Numbered from the whole stretch's first letter, positions 11,095-24,334 are shown. The stretch is DNA of 63,643 nucleotides, filler included, from Olpidium bornovanus S191 (GCA_017911155.1; 30 parts of 30 records of this genome joined end to end with filler, not necessarily neighbours in it), one strand, 5' to 3'. A program made the numbers and translations. Notes: generated from the sequence alone by a model not told the origin.

Positions 11095-12308
11095 TGCCGG
11101 CACTGTGGCCGCGGGCGCACGAGTGGGCAGCCGCGCCAGCATGGGAAGCGCGCGCGGGGAACGCGGGCGACACGAAAAAGGGTAGGCAACGGGAGCAAAG
11201 GGAGGCGCGGTCGGGGCGTTTCGTGAGCGACGTGAGGCGCGAAGAGTTGGCAAAGCAGACGGGAGCCGAGTGGCTGTTGGGTAAGACCAGTCAACAGCGG
11301 GTTTTCCGGCACAACGCGACCGACCAGGGCAAGGAAATCTCCAGCGCGGAAATTCGTTTCTTTTTCCTCCCCCCTTTTTTTTTCTTTTCTTTCTTCCCAC
11401 TTGGAAGGGCTCCCCGGACGGCGCCGACGGTATATGCGCTGACCGCCGGGCAGAACGCCGACCAATTCCGCCCGCCCCACCCGGCGGACCGCTTTTCCCA
11501 GGCAATCGCGGGCAGCGTTGGGGCGGCCACCCCTCGGGGCAAAAGAGCCCAGAAATTGTGAGAGCCAGCTCCGACGCTCCCGGAAACGCCAGACGACCTC
11601 CACGTCGTGACGCGCACGTTTCGGGCGAACCCCCGCGCCCACCGCAAGAATTCCGCGGGGGCGCGGGTTCGGGAGAACCGCAGCCCAGGAAAAAAAGGAA
11701 AAAAAAAGGAGAGGGAGAGAGAGAGGGAGAGAAAACGAGAGAGAGAGAAGGAGAGAGAGAAAGAAGCAAGCAAACGGCCGCGCAGGAACACCACACCCCT
11801 TTCATATACCCACCGGTTCGTTCCGCGTGCTCTTCTTGGCCCCGGGGCGTTCCTTCTCCGGTTGAACTCGGCTCACTCTTTCTCTTCCTCTCGCGCCCGG
11901 TCTTCCTTCCTTCAACGGGGGGAGAAGTGTTTCTGCGCCGGCGGGGGCGGACGGCGACGAGGAGAAGAGGGGCGGAGGAGTGGGGAGCGAGAAGGGGTGA
12001 AGGGGCGTAGAGGGGGGGGGGGGGGAACGGGGGGCGGGGGGGGGGGGGGGGGCCGGGGTCCGGGGGGGGGTCCCCCCTTCCCCCGTTTTCCCCCCCGAAA
12101 AAAAAAAAAAAAAAAAAAAAAAAAACGGGGGGGGGGGGGGCCGGGGGGGGGCGGGGNNNNNNNNNNNNNNNNNNNNNNNNNNNNNNNNNNNNNNNNNNNN
12201 TTAATTAATTAANNNNNNNNNNNNNNNNNNNNNNNNNNNNNNNNNNNNNNNNNNNNCATGCTGACGCAGGCGGAAACAGAAAGCAAAGACCGCATTGCGG
12301 GTGCCCAC

Positions 12309-13035
12309 CACGAGGTACGTGTACCACATCTTTTCCCAGAACATGGACGTGATGTGCACAAACCACGTCACATAAATGATGTCGTAGATGTATCTGCCGC
12401 AACACCGCGGACGCGGGGAGGGTTAGTTTTTAGCTGCGAGCTTTTTTTATTATTAAATTATTGTGGAAGAGGAGGGGGGAAGGTCTGGGACAGCGCGGGG
12501 ACTCACGCAACGAGGCCCTCGGCGCGGCTTATGTCATTGTGCCTCGACAAATCATCCAGCTTGAGATACAAGTAGAGAACCAGCACCGCCGTGGACCAGT
12601 AGCCGGCGGCCACCCACGTCGTGAACGTGGAGCGGTGGAGAAGTATTCGGAACGCGATGTACGCCGCCTGAGTTTTTGAGGTGACGGGATCAGTCGGACT
12701 TCGGCTTGCCGCGGCGCGACCGATTGGTGGCGACCGGGGTGCCGCGACTGCCGGCAAGAACGCACGTTCACGGCAATCATCTGTAGGCGCAGGTTCTTGA
12801 GCGCCCGGGCGTTCTGCTGCCGGACCTTCTTCTCGGCTTGGCCAGCCTTCGTGTTGGGGAGGGGGAAGAGGGGGAAGAGACGAGCGGGCAGAGAGTGGGA
12901 AAAGGTTCACACCGCCCAGACGAGGGAAAAAGAGACGGCGACGGCAAAAGAAGGCGCCGAAGACGCGCTGCGGGAGAAAGAGACGGAAGGCGGCCTGCGC
13001 TCTCCGGCCCTCCGGTGCATCGCAGTTCTTACCAT
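12309..13035 (-). CDS. SND2: SRP-independent targeting protein SND2/TMEM208 (DUF788), 3' truncated
   Basis: Exons 13035-13033 (ATG only), 12846-12766, 12667-12507 and 12393-12309 give MAGQAEKKVRQQNARALKNLRLQMIAVNAAYIAFRILL...AEGLVAYIYDIIYVTWFVHITSMFWEKMWYTYLV. Confidence 0.85.
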
Positions 13036-13391
13036 GCTCGGGAGCGGCGGGCGAGCGAGGGGGGGACGGCGGCGGCTTCCGTCTCTGCAGTGGAGAGGAA
13101 GAAGGGAGTGTATGTGACGAATCCGGAAAAAAAATAATAATATCTAAACGGGGAAAACGACCCCGCCTCAAGCCCCTCACGCACGGTCGGCGGAACTTCG
13201 CTTCTTCCTCGTCTCTTCGTCGGCTGAACCGAGAGCAGCAACCCCGGGCGTGGACCCCTCGTGTGACGAGGAGAAAGGCCCGGGGGAAGGAGGGGAAGGG
13301 GGGGGGGCCGGGTTGATTTCGCAAGAGACTCGCAAGGAAATTTGCAGAAGAAATTCGCGCGCAGGACCGAGTTAGGGCCCTCCCGCCAAAA

Positions 13392-13453
<62 letters not shown>

Positions 13454-14534
13454 GGGGGGGGGGGNNNNNNNNNNNNNNNNNNNNNNNNNNNNNNNNNNNN
13501 NNNNNNNNTTAATTAATTAANNNNNNNNNNNNNNNNNNNNNNNNNNNNNNNNNNNNNNNNNNNNCGACAATCCCCTCACGTGCATCATCATTTTTATTTT
13601 TCATCGGATCTTTTTATTTTTTTGGTTGATTCGGTGGTTACATCCTGCAGGGATGTGGGATGTGGCACACGCGTTTCTGTCATGCAAAATCCATCCGCGT
13701 TCTCGCGGTGAACTTTTTGGTTTATGCGCTCTGAAACCATCAAACCGCCCCCTTCCTCTTCCGCCAAAAAAAAAAAAATCCCGGTTGGTCCTTTTCTTTT
13801 GCGAGTTCTGGTGGGGGGGGAGGGGGGGGAGGTTTCTCTGATGCGTTTCTCAGGCGCGGCGGGTAGCACCTTTCGCCCAACGGGTTTATACAGCGTGTAT
13901 AGAGCTGTATCAGTCGGCATTTCGTCGCATGATATACGTCACCGCCGACGAAACGCTCTCGCGACCGTTGTTCCATTTGCCGGCGCGTGTCGAGCCACCC
14001 GTAACAAATCGCCCAGCGGGGCGACACGCACCTGCCCGTTCTCCGTCCTTCTGGGCAGCCTATCCAGCTGTCTATCCTATCCTCGGGAGCTTCCTTCCCA
14101 AAATTCCCCGTAGACCCCGGGCGTATCGTGCCCCGCATCTTCCGTCGATGTTTTCGTCGGCCGCTCGCCTTCCGGCACCCATCGCGGAATAAACCCGGAA
14201 CCCTCGCTCGCGGAACCCACCTAATGGCTCCCCTCAACGCGTGGCGTCGGCTGAATTCGCGCGCAACATGCGCGTGCCGCCGATCGATTCGATGCGCTCC
14301 TTGCCAACGCCCCATCGCGCGTCTTCACTGCCGAAGCGTGTCGTTCCACGGCGAGTCCACTGGTGCCCGAATGGTCGGGCGGACAGGGAGCTCCAGGCCT
14401 GTTCCCGCCCCCCGGACAAAAAAACCCGCCCGCCCATCATCATTGCAGGCTTCCAGCCCCCTCCTTCTTTGTATTGCGTTGAATCTCTTCCGCATGCAAA
14501 CGCTGCTCCAGTTCGTCAGGGACGTCCGTCGGTT

Positions 14535-14606
14535 GATGCGTAAGGTACTCCCGATGTCGGTCGTCGCGGCGATGCGTAAGGTACTCCCGATGTCGGTCGT
14601 CGCGGC
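14535..14606. repeat. 36-bp tandem duplication
   Basis: gatgcgtaaggtactcccgatgtcggtcgtcgcggc occurs twice, directly adjacent. Confidence 0.95.
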
Positions 14607-15505
14607 TGTCGACGACAGTAAATGTGACCGTTTGTTCACCATCGGGCGAGGTCACCCGCCTGACCTCCGTCCAATCGTAACTCCAATCACTTTCGTATTT
14701 TAACCGAGCTCTCCAGGATTGGCTGAGGATTAACAGATAGCCAAGCTTGTTCTAAACAGAAACGTGGTTACTACTAAAGAAGTCAGCGATGACGAGCAAG
14801 ACGTCCGCGCAAGCGGCTGCGATCTCGACCACCACGCCGTATATTCGAGCAGTCCCACGGCGACGGCATCCCGCCTGAGAGCTGTAGACCAAGGTCGCAA
14901 ATTGTTGATAGTAGAACGACGAACCCCGAAGAATTTTAATGGAAAGCAGCGCGCGGCTGCTTGGATCGCCGTAAAATTCGTCACCCTACCAGTTAGAATC
15001 AGAGAAGGCATCGCGAAACAAATCAACATTTGCACTTCTGATCATCTTGGACTCAGAAGGCGTATTCGGACGACACTTTGGTGTTGGTCAAAGTTGACCT
15101 TAGTTCTGGCCCACTTCGACTCAATTTAGGAGACGTGTCCAAGGCGCAGCATATCGACGACATTCAAGGCTACCGGAGCGGCACGAGCTGTCGTCTAGAC
15201 GCCTCTTCAACGGGGTCTCGGTGATCCGATTCCGAACGTTTGAACTCGGCCTTTTTCGAATTTATCCAAAAATGCTTTCCGCACGCTGGTGGTTGCTCTC
15301 AACCAGAAAAACTAAGTTTCGGCTCCAACCAAAAATTAAAAAAAGGTGTATGGTTGTTGCTTCGCAAATTGCAGCAATATGTGATTTTCGCAAAAATTAC
15401 AGGGCGTAAATGTAAGTTTCCTGGTGTATTTTTTTTTTGTGAGCGACATGGGTGGCACGTCGTGCTTTCATTTAAAAAATGCAGTTTTGACGACATTTCG
15501 GGCTC

Positions 15506-15811
15506 TCAGCAAGCGTGCCCAAACCAGGTGGAGACCTCCAGACCGTCCTTCACATCGGTCGAATATTCCAAATGTGCTTCACGCGTGACGGTGGAACTGT
15601 ATAACTTCTTGTCCCCAACGTGCTTGAGGTAGTCTGCGATCTTCGCTTTGTTCACTGGGTTCGAGAGGGCTGCATTGAGAAGGGCGATTTTCAAAGAGCA
15701 GCACGTGGAGGGAGCATGCTCTGGCACTCACGTACGACGTTGTCGGCGACCACAAGGGCGCCAGGCCGGAGCAAGCCGAGCTTTTCAATCAGCTGGAGGT
15801 CGCTCAGGTAG
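15506..15811 (-). CDS. Catechol O-methyltransferase (COMT-like), C-terminal exons
   Basis: Exons 15811-15732 and 15669-15506 splice to YLSDLQLIEKLGLLRPGALVVADNVVPLSNPVNKAKIADYLKHVGDKKLYSSTVTREAHLEYSTDVKDGLEVSTWFGHAC*. This matches the COMT pattern YLPD..LLE..GLLR.G..L.ADNV...LEY....DGLE. Confidence 0.85.
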
Positions 15812-15935
15812 CTGCATCCGCACGCAGACGGCGACNNNNNNNNNNNNNNNNNNNNNNNNNNNNNNNNNNNNNNNNNNNNTTAATTAATTAANNNNNNNNN
15901 NNNNNNNNNNNNNNNNNNNNNNNNNNNNNNNNNNN

Positions 15936-16100
15936 CATGGTAACGGCGGCGGAGGCGGTGGAGGGTGGGGTTCGGGCAACGGTGGTGGCGGTGGCGGTGG
16001 CTGGGACTCGAATCCGCCCGCGTCTGGCGGTGGAGGTACAGGCTGGTAGTTGGCTTCTCCGTCGGCTGTTCGAGCATCCAATTTCTGTTCTCTTGTGCTA
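15936..16100 (-). CDS. Proline-rich exon of an unidentified gene (truncated)
   Basis: ...[43 protein letters not shown] is open to the contig edge, and the Pro codons are varied. Confidence 0.35.
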
Positions 16101-17494
16101 TCGGTGATAATATTTCCAATTTGTGCAAATGTAGCTAAAGACAAATGTTCCATCACGCAAGCCGCATATACTCTCCACTACCTGATTTCGGGTGTTGGAA
16201 TAACGTTCCGGTGGCGCAAATTTTTCCGCAGGCGTTTTGCCCCGCTGTTCTACCCCTTTGCGATCAGGTGGGAACTGGCGCGGCCAGGTCGTTGTCGAAA
16301 ACTCGTCACCAAAAAAACGCCACTAATCTCACAAATCCGCATCCCCTCTTCTTCCTTTCGAGAGGGAAAAGAGGAAGCAGGCAAAGACGCGTACTGCCCG
16401 CTGTAGAATCCCTTTCGTTTCGGGCCCGGTCATTTCCACCCCCCCCTTCTCCCCACTCGCGCCTATTTCCACTCCACCCTGGGCCCAACCCTCCTCCGCA
16501 CCCACCTCAGCGGCCTCCGCCGCACATGTCAACGGTCCTCCTCGCACGCTCACACTCACCCTCCCGCCCTCCCACACCAGCACACTGTCACTTGTCATGT
16601 GGCGGTGGTGCACGCGGTTGGGATGTGATCCGCTGACTGGAGGCGGTTTTCGAACTTGTTTTTGCCAAAGTGCTTGTCAGTATTTTGTTGCATGGTGAGC
16701 CCAGCGTTGATCGACAGTAACTAGGGGACCACTGCTGTCGGTCTTTCCTGCCATGAAGTGATTCTCGTCGACGAAAAAGAGACCAAGTGGCGTGCCGTTG
16801 CCGTTCCGCGGTTGCCGAATACGGAAGGTAGGTGGATGCATGCCTTCTGTCGCTCCCAACACCGAATGCCTTCTGGTAAAAAGTTGACGCCAGGATCGTG
16901 CACTCCAGGGAGGCGAAACCATTTTGGATGGCGGGGCAAACCTTGCCGAGCGTGACGAGTGGCGGCCTTCAAGCAGAACTGCGTTGCCTTTTTGCACCAA
17001 AGAGGCCGTCCCAAAAATTCTGTAACTTGCACGGTACGTGTTTTGGAGATCACGGCGTACCATTTCCGCCTCCCCCAAAAGACAAAGCCGAAACCAGCCG
17101 AGCTCTACGCGCGCAGCAATGGCAGCAGCATTAAATTTGCAGACCCCGCCGTTCTCCAACATCGATGACATCTGCGGTCCTTTTCTCTCTTCTTCGCAGA
17201 AATGTTCGGTTCGGCCTCTGCAGCAGCCGGATTGCTCGCCCTTGCCGACTTTTTGTCAGCTTGGCCTTGGGCGCTGCTGCCGTTCTTTGCGGCTCACTGC
17301 TACGAACGCTCGGCGTGTCCTTCCGCGCCGCAATTTTGACAGGTATTGGTTTTGACGGGTGTTGGTTTTTTTTTTTGTGGTTTTGGATGTTTGTTGTGCA
17401 TTCGAACTCGGAAGGGTAAGTGCTTCAACACCTCCACGCCCGCCGCCACCGGCCACCGCCCAGGCCCTCCAGGTTTATAAAAAAAAAAATAGGA

Positions 17495-19313
17495 ATGGCG
17501 TCGGTGCGACTTCCGCATCAGCACGCGGCCTCCGCAGCCCCGGACAGCCAGCGCCTGCGCCGCTACTCCCAAGACTTGTACGGTTTTATCCTCCGCTACA
17601 GGGCTCTATGCGACGTCCACGTCGTCGACCTCCTCGTGCGCCCGCGGGGCGACGTCGTCCCCGCCGCATGGCTCGACGCGCTGGAGGTCCTCGGCGAGCG
17701 CGGGCTGACCAGGCTGGCGTCTGGGCTCGAGGAGGCGAAGGCAAGGCGTCGCAACGCGAACCCGGCGCGTTCTTCTTTTGGTGGCTTTCTTCCCCCACAA
17801 CGGCGTTTTGATTTCGACCGGGCCCGCCGCGTGCAGTGCAGTTGGCCCGAGGACCTGCAAGTGTTTCTCCGCCTGGCAGCTGCGTTACCCCTACCGCAGG
17901 TTCAAGATTGTTCGCTTTCAGCATCTAAGGAAGGCGAAGCTGATGGGTATTCCCGGTGCAGAAAGGCGAATGACAAGATGAACGATAAGAAGTTACACGA
18001 GGTCGGAATATCACACGCGTTTGGCTTTGGCTGGCGACCGCGCCCCATACGACAAACGCAATTAGGGCCCGTTTCTGCCAGGTGTCCAGGCTATCCGAAC
18101 TTGTTTGGCGTTTGGCGACAGAAAAGGGAATAAAAGCGGTCGTGGACGTTGGTGCCGGCCAGGTATGCGACCGTCGGTTTCTCGATTGTTCGCCGGCCGT
18201 GACGGCAGACACGCGAAAGTTGTCCAGTTTTGACGCGGAAATTTTGTATGTCGAAGGGATACCTCTCGAGGGCCCTTGCTTACGAGCATGGGCTAGACGT
18301 CCTTGCCGTTGACTCAGACACCGTGCAAACCTGCGGCGCTCAGAAAACGCAGGCGCGGGACCAGTCCAAGTTTCGATCAATGCTGGACGAGACGGCCGAT
18401 GAAGGTGGGGTGTGGTATTTGCTCGTCATCAGCGACCGGCGGTATGTGTAACTGGATTGTCCTTAGATTGCTCTCGTTCCTGGCGGCACGCTGGCCAGTT
18501 GGGACGCAAGCTGCTGGAAGGATAGGCTCGCTGCGACACATCACCTGTCATGTCTCCACCAGCACGATAGCAGATACCCTCAGAGAAGACTTGCTGATGC
18601 TACGGAAACCGGATTTCGCCGGCTGGAATGATTCGAGCATATCGGAACAACCGCCCAAGTGCGTCCATCCGGCAGATTATCTCCTGACCGGTCTGCACGC
18701 CTGCGGCAACTTGACTCCTGATATCCTCCGCCTTTTCGCCACGGAACGCGAGGCGGGGGCCGTCGCCGTCGTCGGTTGCTGCTACAACTTTCTGACCGAG
18801 GTGTTCGACCACGAATCGAGCGGCGGGACGGAACCCACCGTTCCCGGCCCGCCCGGCGCTTCACCGTCCCACGGGCATCCCGGCTTTCCGATGTCGCGGT
18901 TTGGCATTGACTGCGGTTTCAGGCTCGGTGTGCGCGCCCGTCAATTGGCGTGTCAGGTGCCCATGCGGTGGGAGAGCAAGGCGGAGGAGAGCCGCGAGGC
19001 GTTCCGCCGCAATTTTTTCCGGGCGGCGTTGCAGGTAGCTTTCTCCTCCCTCTTTTACCCTGTTTTTCTTTGTTTTGTTTTCCTTGTATTGGTGTCGCGT
19101 TGGTCGGATGGGTGTACGCGGTATTGGGAGCGACGACCTTGACGCAGTCAGCTCAAAGCCGTGGCCATATTTTCTTTTTCTTACTACATTTACATGGATT
19201 CCCAAGTACATCGTTTTAAACGAAGCGCACCTCCCAAAGCCGACAGACGTCGCGCCCCTCCACGTCGGTCGGCTGCGGCCGCACGTTTTCAAGGACTTCG
19301 AGACGTACGTGGG
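17495..19313 (+). CDS. METTL25/RRNAD1-like methyltransferase (Methyltransf_32), multi-exon, 3' truncated
   Basis: Motifs MNDKKLHEV, VVDVGAGQ|GYLSRALAYEHGLDVLAVDSD, LTGLHACGNLTPDILRLF, VGCCYNFLTE, GFPMS and RQLACQ...FFRAALQ. Confidence 0.88.
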
Positions 19314-19582
19314 NNNNNNNNNNNNNNNNNNNNNNNNNNNNNNNNNNNNNNNNNNNNTTAATTAATTAANNNNNNNNNNNNNNNNNNNNNNNNNNNNNNN
19401 NNNNNNNNNNNNNCTGAAGATGGCGACGAGATCTCGCTCCGCCGGTGGGCGGACGGGTGCGTGTGCGGAGGACGAGAGAGAAAAAAAAAAAACCCCCCCC
19501 GCCCGAATGCGAAAAGCAAGGGCAACGTGGGCGGTGGATGGGCAGGGACACCGAACGCGCCGGGCGGAGGAAAAGAAGGGGG

Positions 19583-19617
<35 letters not shown>

Positions 19618-19765
19618 AAAAAACCCCCCGAGCCTTTCTTCCAACGACCTCTCCTTCTCCCCCACGCGCGCAAACGCAGCGGGAGGCGAGGGCGGCAGCA
19701 GAGACGGTCGACAGGAGCGGGACGGGACAGCGCGCGCCGACCCACCCCTCCCGCGTTTTTGCGCA

Positions 19766-22700
19766 ATGGGACCGTCTTTTCTGCAGCGCCTCTGCCCCCC
19801 GTGCACACCCGCTGTGGCGCTCGCGGCGGCAGCCGCTGCTGCGCCCGCCTGGTTGGCCCCCGTGCGTCCGCACGTCACCCCGCGGCGCCGGCCCGCGGCA
19901 CCGCGCCTTTTAGGCCCAGGACACCCCAGGCTCGCTCCCGCGTGCCTGCGGCGGAGCTCCTCTTCGACGTCTGCCGGGAACGGCTGCGACATGACCAAAT
20001 ACCCTCCAGAGAAGATCCGTAATTTCAGCATCATCGCGCACATCGGTGAGCGCGAAAACTTGGAAGAAGATGGGTCATTTCAGCCAAAACGCTGCGTGCC
20101 GGCGGAGCCGCGGGGCGCCTCGCCCCCCTGTGTCCTGACAACAACAACGCAACAGATCATGGAAAGTCAACGTTGGCCGACAGACTGCTGGAAATCACGG
20201 GCACTATTGCAAAGTCGGGCGAGAACAAGCAGGTCCTCGACAAGCTGAAGGTCGAGCGGGACCGAGGGATCACGGTAAAGGCGCAGACGGTCTCGATGTT
20301 CCACAACGGGTACTTGTTGAACCTCATCGACACCCCTGGCCACGTCGATTTCTCATATGAGGTGCGAGACGAAGACGACTGTTGCGTCCTTGGAGTCTTA
20401 CCGCGACGGTCGATAGTCAGACCAGCTTGTCTCTCTTGTTGTCACCTCGCGCCATAGGTCAGCCGTTCGCTTGCTGCTTGTCAAGGAACTTTGCTGCTCG
20501 TCGACGCCTCCAAAGGTAAGGTGGGGTTTGGACGTTCCGCGAGCGTTACAACGGGCACTAGTGCGAAACTAGGAATCGAATCCGACACACCTTTCCCAAG
20601 GCGTCCAGGCGCAAACCGTCGCCAATTTCTACCTTGCTTTTGGTCAAGATATCACGATTATTCCCATTATCAACAAAGTGGGTAATGCGAATTTTTTTTT
20701 TCTGTTTGTTTTGGTCTGCCGTTGGCACGTTTCGGCCAGTGCGGCTTTCAGATTCCTGAAAATAACTAGTTTGCAACAGGTTGATTTGGATACTGCAGAC
20801 CCTGACAAGGTGGCAGAAGAAATACACAACGTGTTTGAGTTGGATCCCACAAGCATCGTGAAGGTGCGGAGCAAAACACGTCGACAACTTCGGAAAGCGG
20901 CAACTCGTTGAGAATCGACTAACTTGTGCATTGTTTTTCCCCCCAGATATCTGCGAAAACGGGGCTCAATGTTGAAGAGATCTTTCCGAACGTTCTAGAA
21001 AATATTCCGCCGTACGTCTCGACTGTATCTATAAAGTTTTGAGTCGATCCCGCTGCATGCTGACGGATTCTCCAGGCCGCAAGGCGACATCCATAAACCT
21101 TTAAAAGCACTTCTTTTTGATCAGTGGTATGATAAATATCAGGGCGTTGTGTGCATGACTGCAATAATAGACGGAACTGTTTGCAAAGGTGAGCCCTTCG
21201 CGCGAAATATTATCTATTCCGTGCCCCGGAGTCGCTAAGACGAGGGTTGTTTGGGAATGTGCCCATTGGATTAGGCGACAAAGTCATGTCTGCCCATACA
21301 AAAATCAAATATGAAGTCCACGAGGTAAGTTTCACGTATCGGGCACGTGGAACAAATGAAAAAAAGGTTGCTTTTGGACAAATCACAGACCAGACGTTCA
21401 GTTAGGGATCATGAGTCCCGGAAAGATTCCCGTTGATCGCCTGTATGTACGCGGACGTTGTATATTACCGCGCGCAGTTCGTGTGTGTAACTTCGGATTT
21501 GACCATTGACTTTCAGGCAAGCTGGACAAGTTGGATATCTGGTTTTGAACATGCGATCCTTGTCGGAAGCACACATCGGCGATACGTTTCATGAGCAAAA
21601 AAGGCCTGTAGAACCCTTACCCGGGTTCGCGCCTGTGAAGCCAATGGTTAGTTGTGAATTTGGCGACGGGATGTCATTGGTTGACTGCCGGGATGCCCGG
21701 TAGGGTGACGTTTTATCGGGGGTAGATTTTCTGGGAGCGTGGGCTGGTCGGGCGAATGATTCGGCTCGGATCGACAACCGCAGCCGGCTTCTAAATCTGA
21801 TCGCTCGCGTGAAGGTTTTTGCCGGGCTGTATCCGGTTGAAAGTCTAGATTACCCTCGTGTAAGTGGGTCTTCTACAGCCCGCTCTTCAACCACCGTCCA
21901 AAGTTGTTGATATACCTTGCCTTTCCTGCGATTCTGGGATCCAGTTAGAAGCTTCGATAGAGCAGTTAAGTTTGAACGACACAAGCGTCTCCGTCTCCAA
22001 AGAGACCAGCCCTGCCTTGGGTGCTGGTTTTCGACTAGGGTAGGAACCACAGGTTCTCCGAACTGTCTAAGCTGGTTCGTGAAGTTCTATTTGCTGATAA
22101 GGCAAGGACCTTACGGTATCAGGTTTTTGGGATCACTTCACATGGACGTTTTCCAGCAACGACTCTCAGAAGAGTACGGCTCGGAAGGCATCATCACGCA
22201 GCCGACTGTACCATACAAAAGTACGTGTATACAGCACCGTGATGTACACGATATGTAGTCATTTCCTGACTTGCGTGGCCCTCGTATGCATCACTAAAAC
22301 GACTTACAGTTATATACAAGGACGGGCAAGTCAAGCTGATAAGCAACCCGGCAGACTTTCCCGATCTCGCAGAGATAAGCACAAAGGTAGCCAAAGTCCA
22401 GGAGCCGATGATCCTTGCAACGTTGATCTTCCCTGTGGAATACATGGGAAAGATGATGGAACTGTTTGGCGTAAGTGCGACCCCCGCCCCTTTGCTAAAT
22501 GTTTCTTCTTGCGTGCCGTCCTCTATTTTGGTATTGCCGTAAGCTATTGCCTAAGACCGAGCTCCCATGTCCTGCTCATTCAGACCCGCCGCGGGGAGCA
22601 GCTGGAGTTCGTGTACCTTGACCATGACCGGTGCTTGGTCAAGTACAAGTTTCCCCTTTCGGAGATCGTGGCTGGATTTTACGACGCTCTCAAGTCGCGG

Positions 22701-23492
22701 TCGTCGGGCTACGCGACATTCGACTATGAAGAATGCGGATACGAGGACACCGACCTGACAAAGGTTTGCTATTATTCTTCTGTTCCTCTGTGACGGAAAC
22801 GTTTCCGTTTTAAGCCTTTCCCGCGTTCCTCTTCGTTTCTCTAGCTGACTGTCATGATCCACGGAACGGTAGTGGACCCGCTTTGCGTCGTCCTGCACGC
22901 CTCCGACGTCGAGAAAGTTGCCCGAGACTGGGCCGTGCGGCTAAAGGCACTCATAAAGCGGCATCAGTTCGACGTCGCCATCCAAGTAGTGGCTGGGACG
23001 AAAGTCGTCGCAAGAGAAACGTGAGCGGCATCGAGTTCACGTCTGCCTCTAGTTTTTTATCCAGGGGCCGGTTGGTGGTGGCTGGTAAGCGCCAAAGGGC
23101 CGTTTAGTCAATTCGATCTCATTTTCGCGTTCGAACAGGGTAAAGGCAATACGAAAAGACGTGACGGCCAAGTGCTATGGCGGCGATCCGACCCGGAAAC
23201 TGAAGCTCATTTTGAGAGAGAAAGGTGCGGGACCAGATACGGTTGATTCCGCGGCTTGCAACCACCTGTTTTCCAGAATGTCGGTGGATCTAATGTTTTT
23301 GGCGACTTTCTTGCCTTTAGAACGTGTCAAACGGTTGAAGATGGTCGGCAGGGTATGCTCATCGAGATCGCGCAGGCGTTTCGCCGTCAATTCGTGGGCT
23401 GGGTCTGACATTTCCTGCGAATTGATTTTTTTGTATAAAAGGTCGAGTTGTCGCAAGAGGCATTCCTGTCGTTCATCAAGAACGAAGACTGA
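19766..23492 (+). CDS. GUF1: Mitochondrial translation factor GUF1 (LepA/EF-4), apparently complete and intron-rich
   Basis: N-terminal presequence-like region, then [10 protein letters not shown]|[68 protein letters not shown]. Stop TGA at 23490-23492. Confidence 0.97.
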
Positions 23493-24065
23493 TCGGACAC
23501 GCGGTCGTCGAGTCTTTTCACACGTAAACTAGTTAGCGCCGCCGATGCTACCCGTATCCTTCGCGCATACGTAGACTATATGCAGCCGGCGCACATAAAA
23601 CGCACATGATCACCTTCAAAAACTGCACCACCCGCACCGCAGAGCTGTTTCAGGGGCTGAAAACTTTGTCATTGGTTAGAGCGTTTGAGCCGCGCTTTAG
23701 GCCTGCCAGGCGGGATGACCCTAGAGGGATCAGTGGTAGATCCGGCGCCAGGCAACGTAAACAAACCGGCGGGCCTGCCTGCCCCGGCCATAAATAATTG
23801 GTGCATCCTGGATTCCGTCCCGCACATATCCACACACTATCCTACTCGTGGTCGTCCCCCTCGCCTGACCACCCCATTCTCTTACAGAGAATCCCCCGCA
23901 GCCGATTCTCCCGGCCCCCGTCCCATCGTTGTCATGGCGATGGCGGCCCCGACTGCCAAACCCCTTCCAGAACCCTTGCGAAGTCATATCGCAAACCAAG
24001 TCACATGATCCAAGACCAACCCGTAATCACTAGACACACCGCCAGGGCACCTGGGTGCGCTTGTG

Positions 24066-24273
24066 TGTCAGTCACCCAGTGACGTGGCTTTCGAGATCCT
24101 GACCTAAACCAAGACGCCTGAAATATATAAAGCATCAGCATAGTTTGGGGTCTAACCCATAATATCGACGAACCACCACCACGCCGTAATATTTAGAATA
24201 TTCTCTGGATTTAGTGCCAGTACTGGAACCATAATGCTGCATCCCTATACATTATAGACACACTGTCCAGACA
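24066..24273 (+). mobile_element. Possible LTR (TGTCA...GACA) with TATA box
   Basis: AT-rich 208-bp block with TG...CA ends and tatataaa near 24124, followed about 20 nt later by TGGCGCCGACC (PBS-like). No partner LTR or target-site duplication seen. Confidence 0.3.
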
Positions 24274-24334
24274 TGTATCGCACACCTCGTTGGCGCCGAC
24301 CGTAGTGGCCACACACCTACTCAAAGTGCTTTGG

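Noticed and set aside
19766-23492. Bacterial lepA or horizontal transfer
   Set aside because: The gene has many spliceosomal introns and an N-terminal presequence-like extension, consistent with ordinary nuclear GUF1.
23554-23561. U12-type 5' splice site GTATCCTT
   Set aside because: It lies downstream of the GUF1 stop codon with no matching branch point or exon context. Other matches (about 4304 and 36563) are within a TE relic or antisense to an exon.
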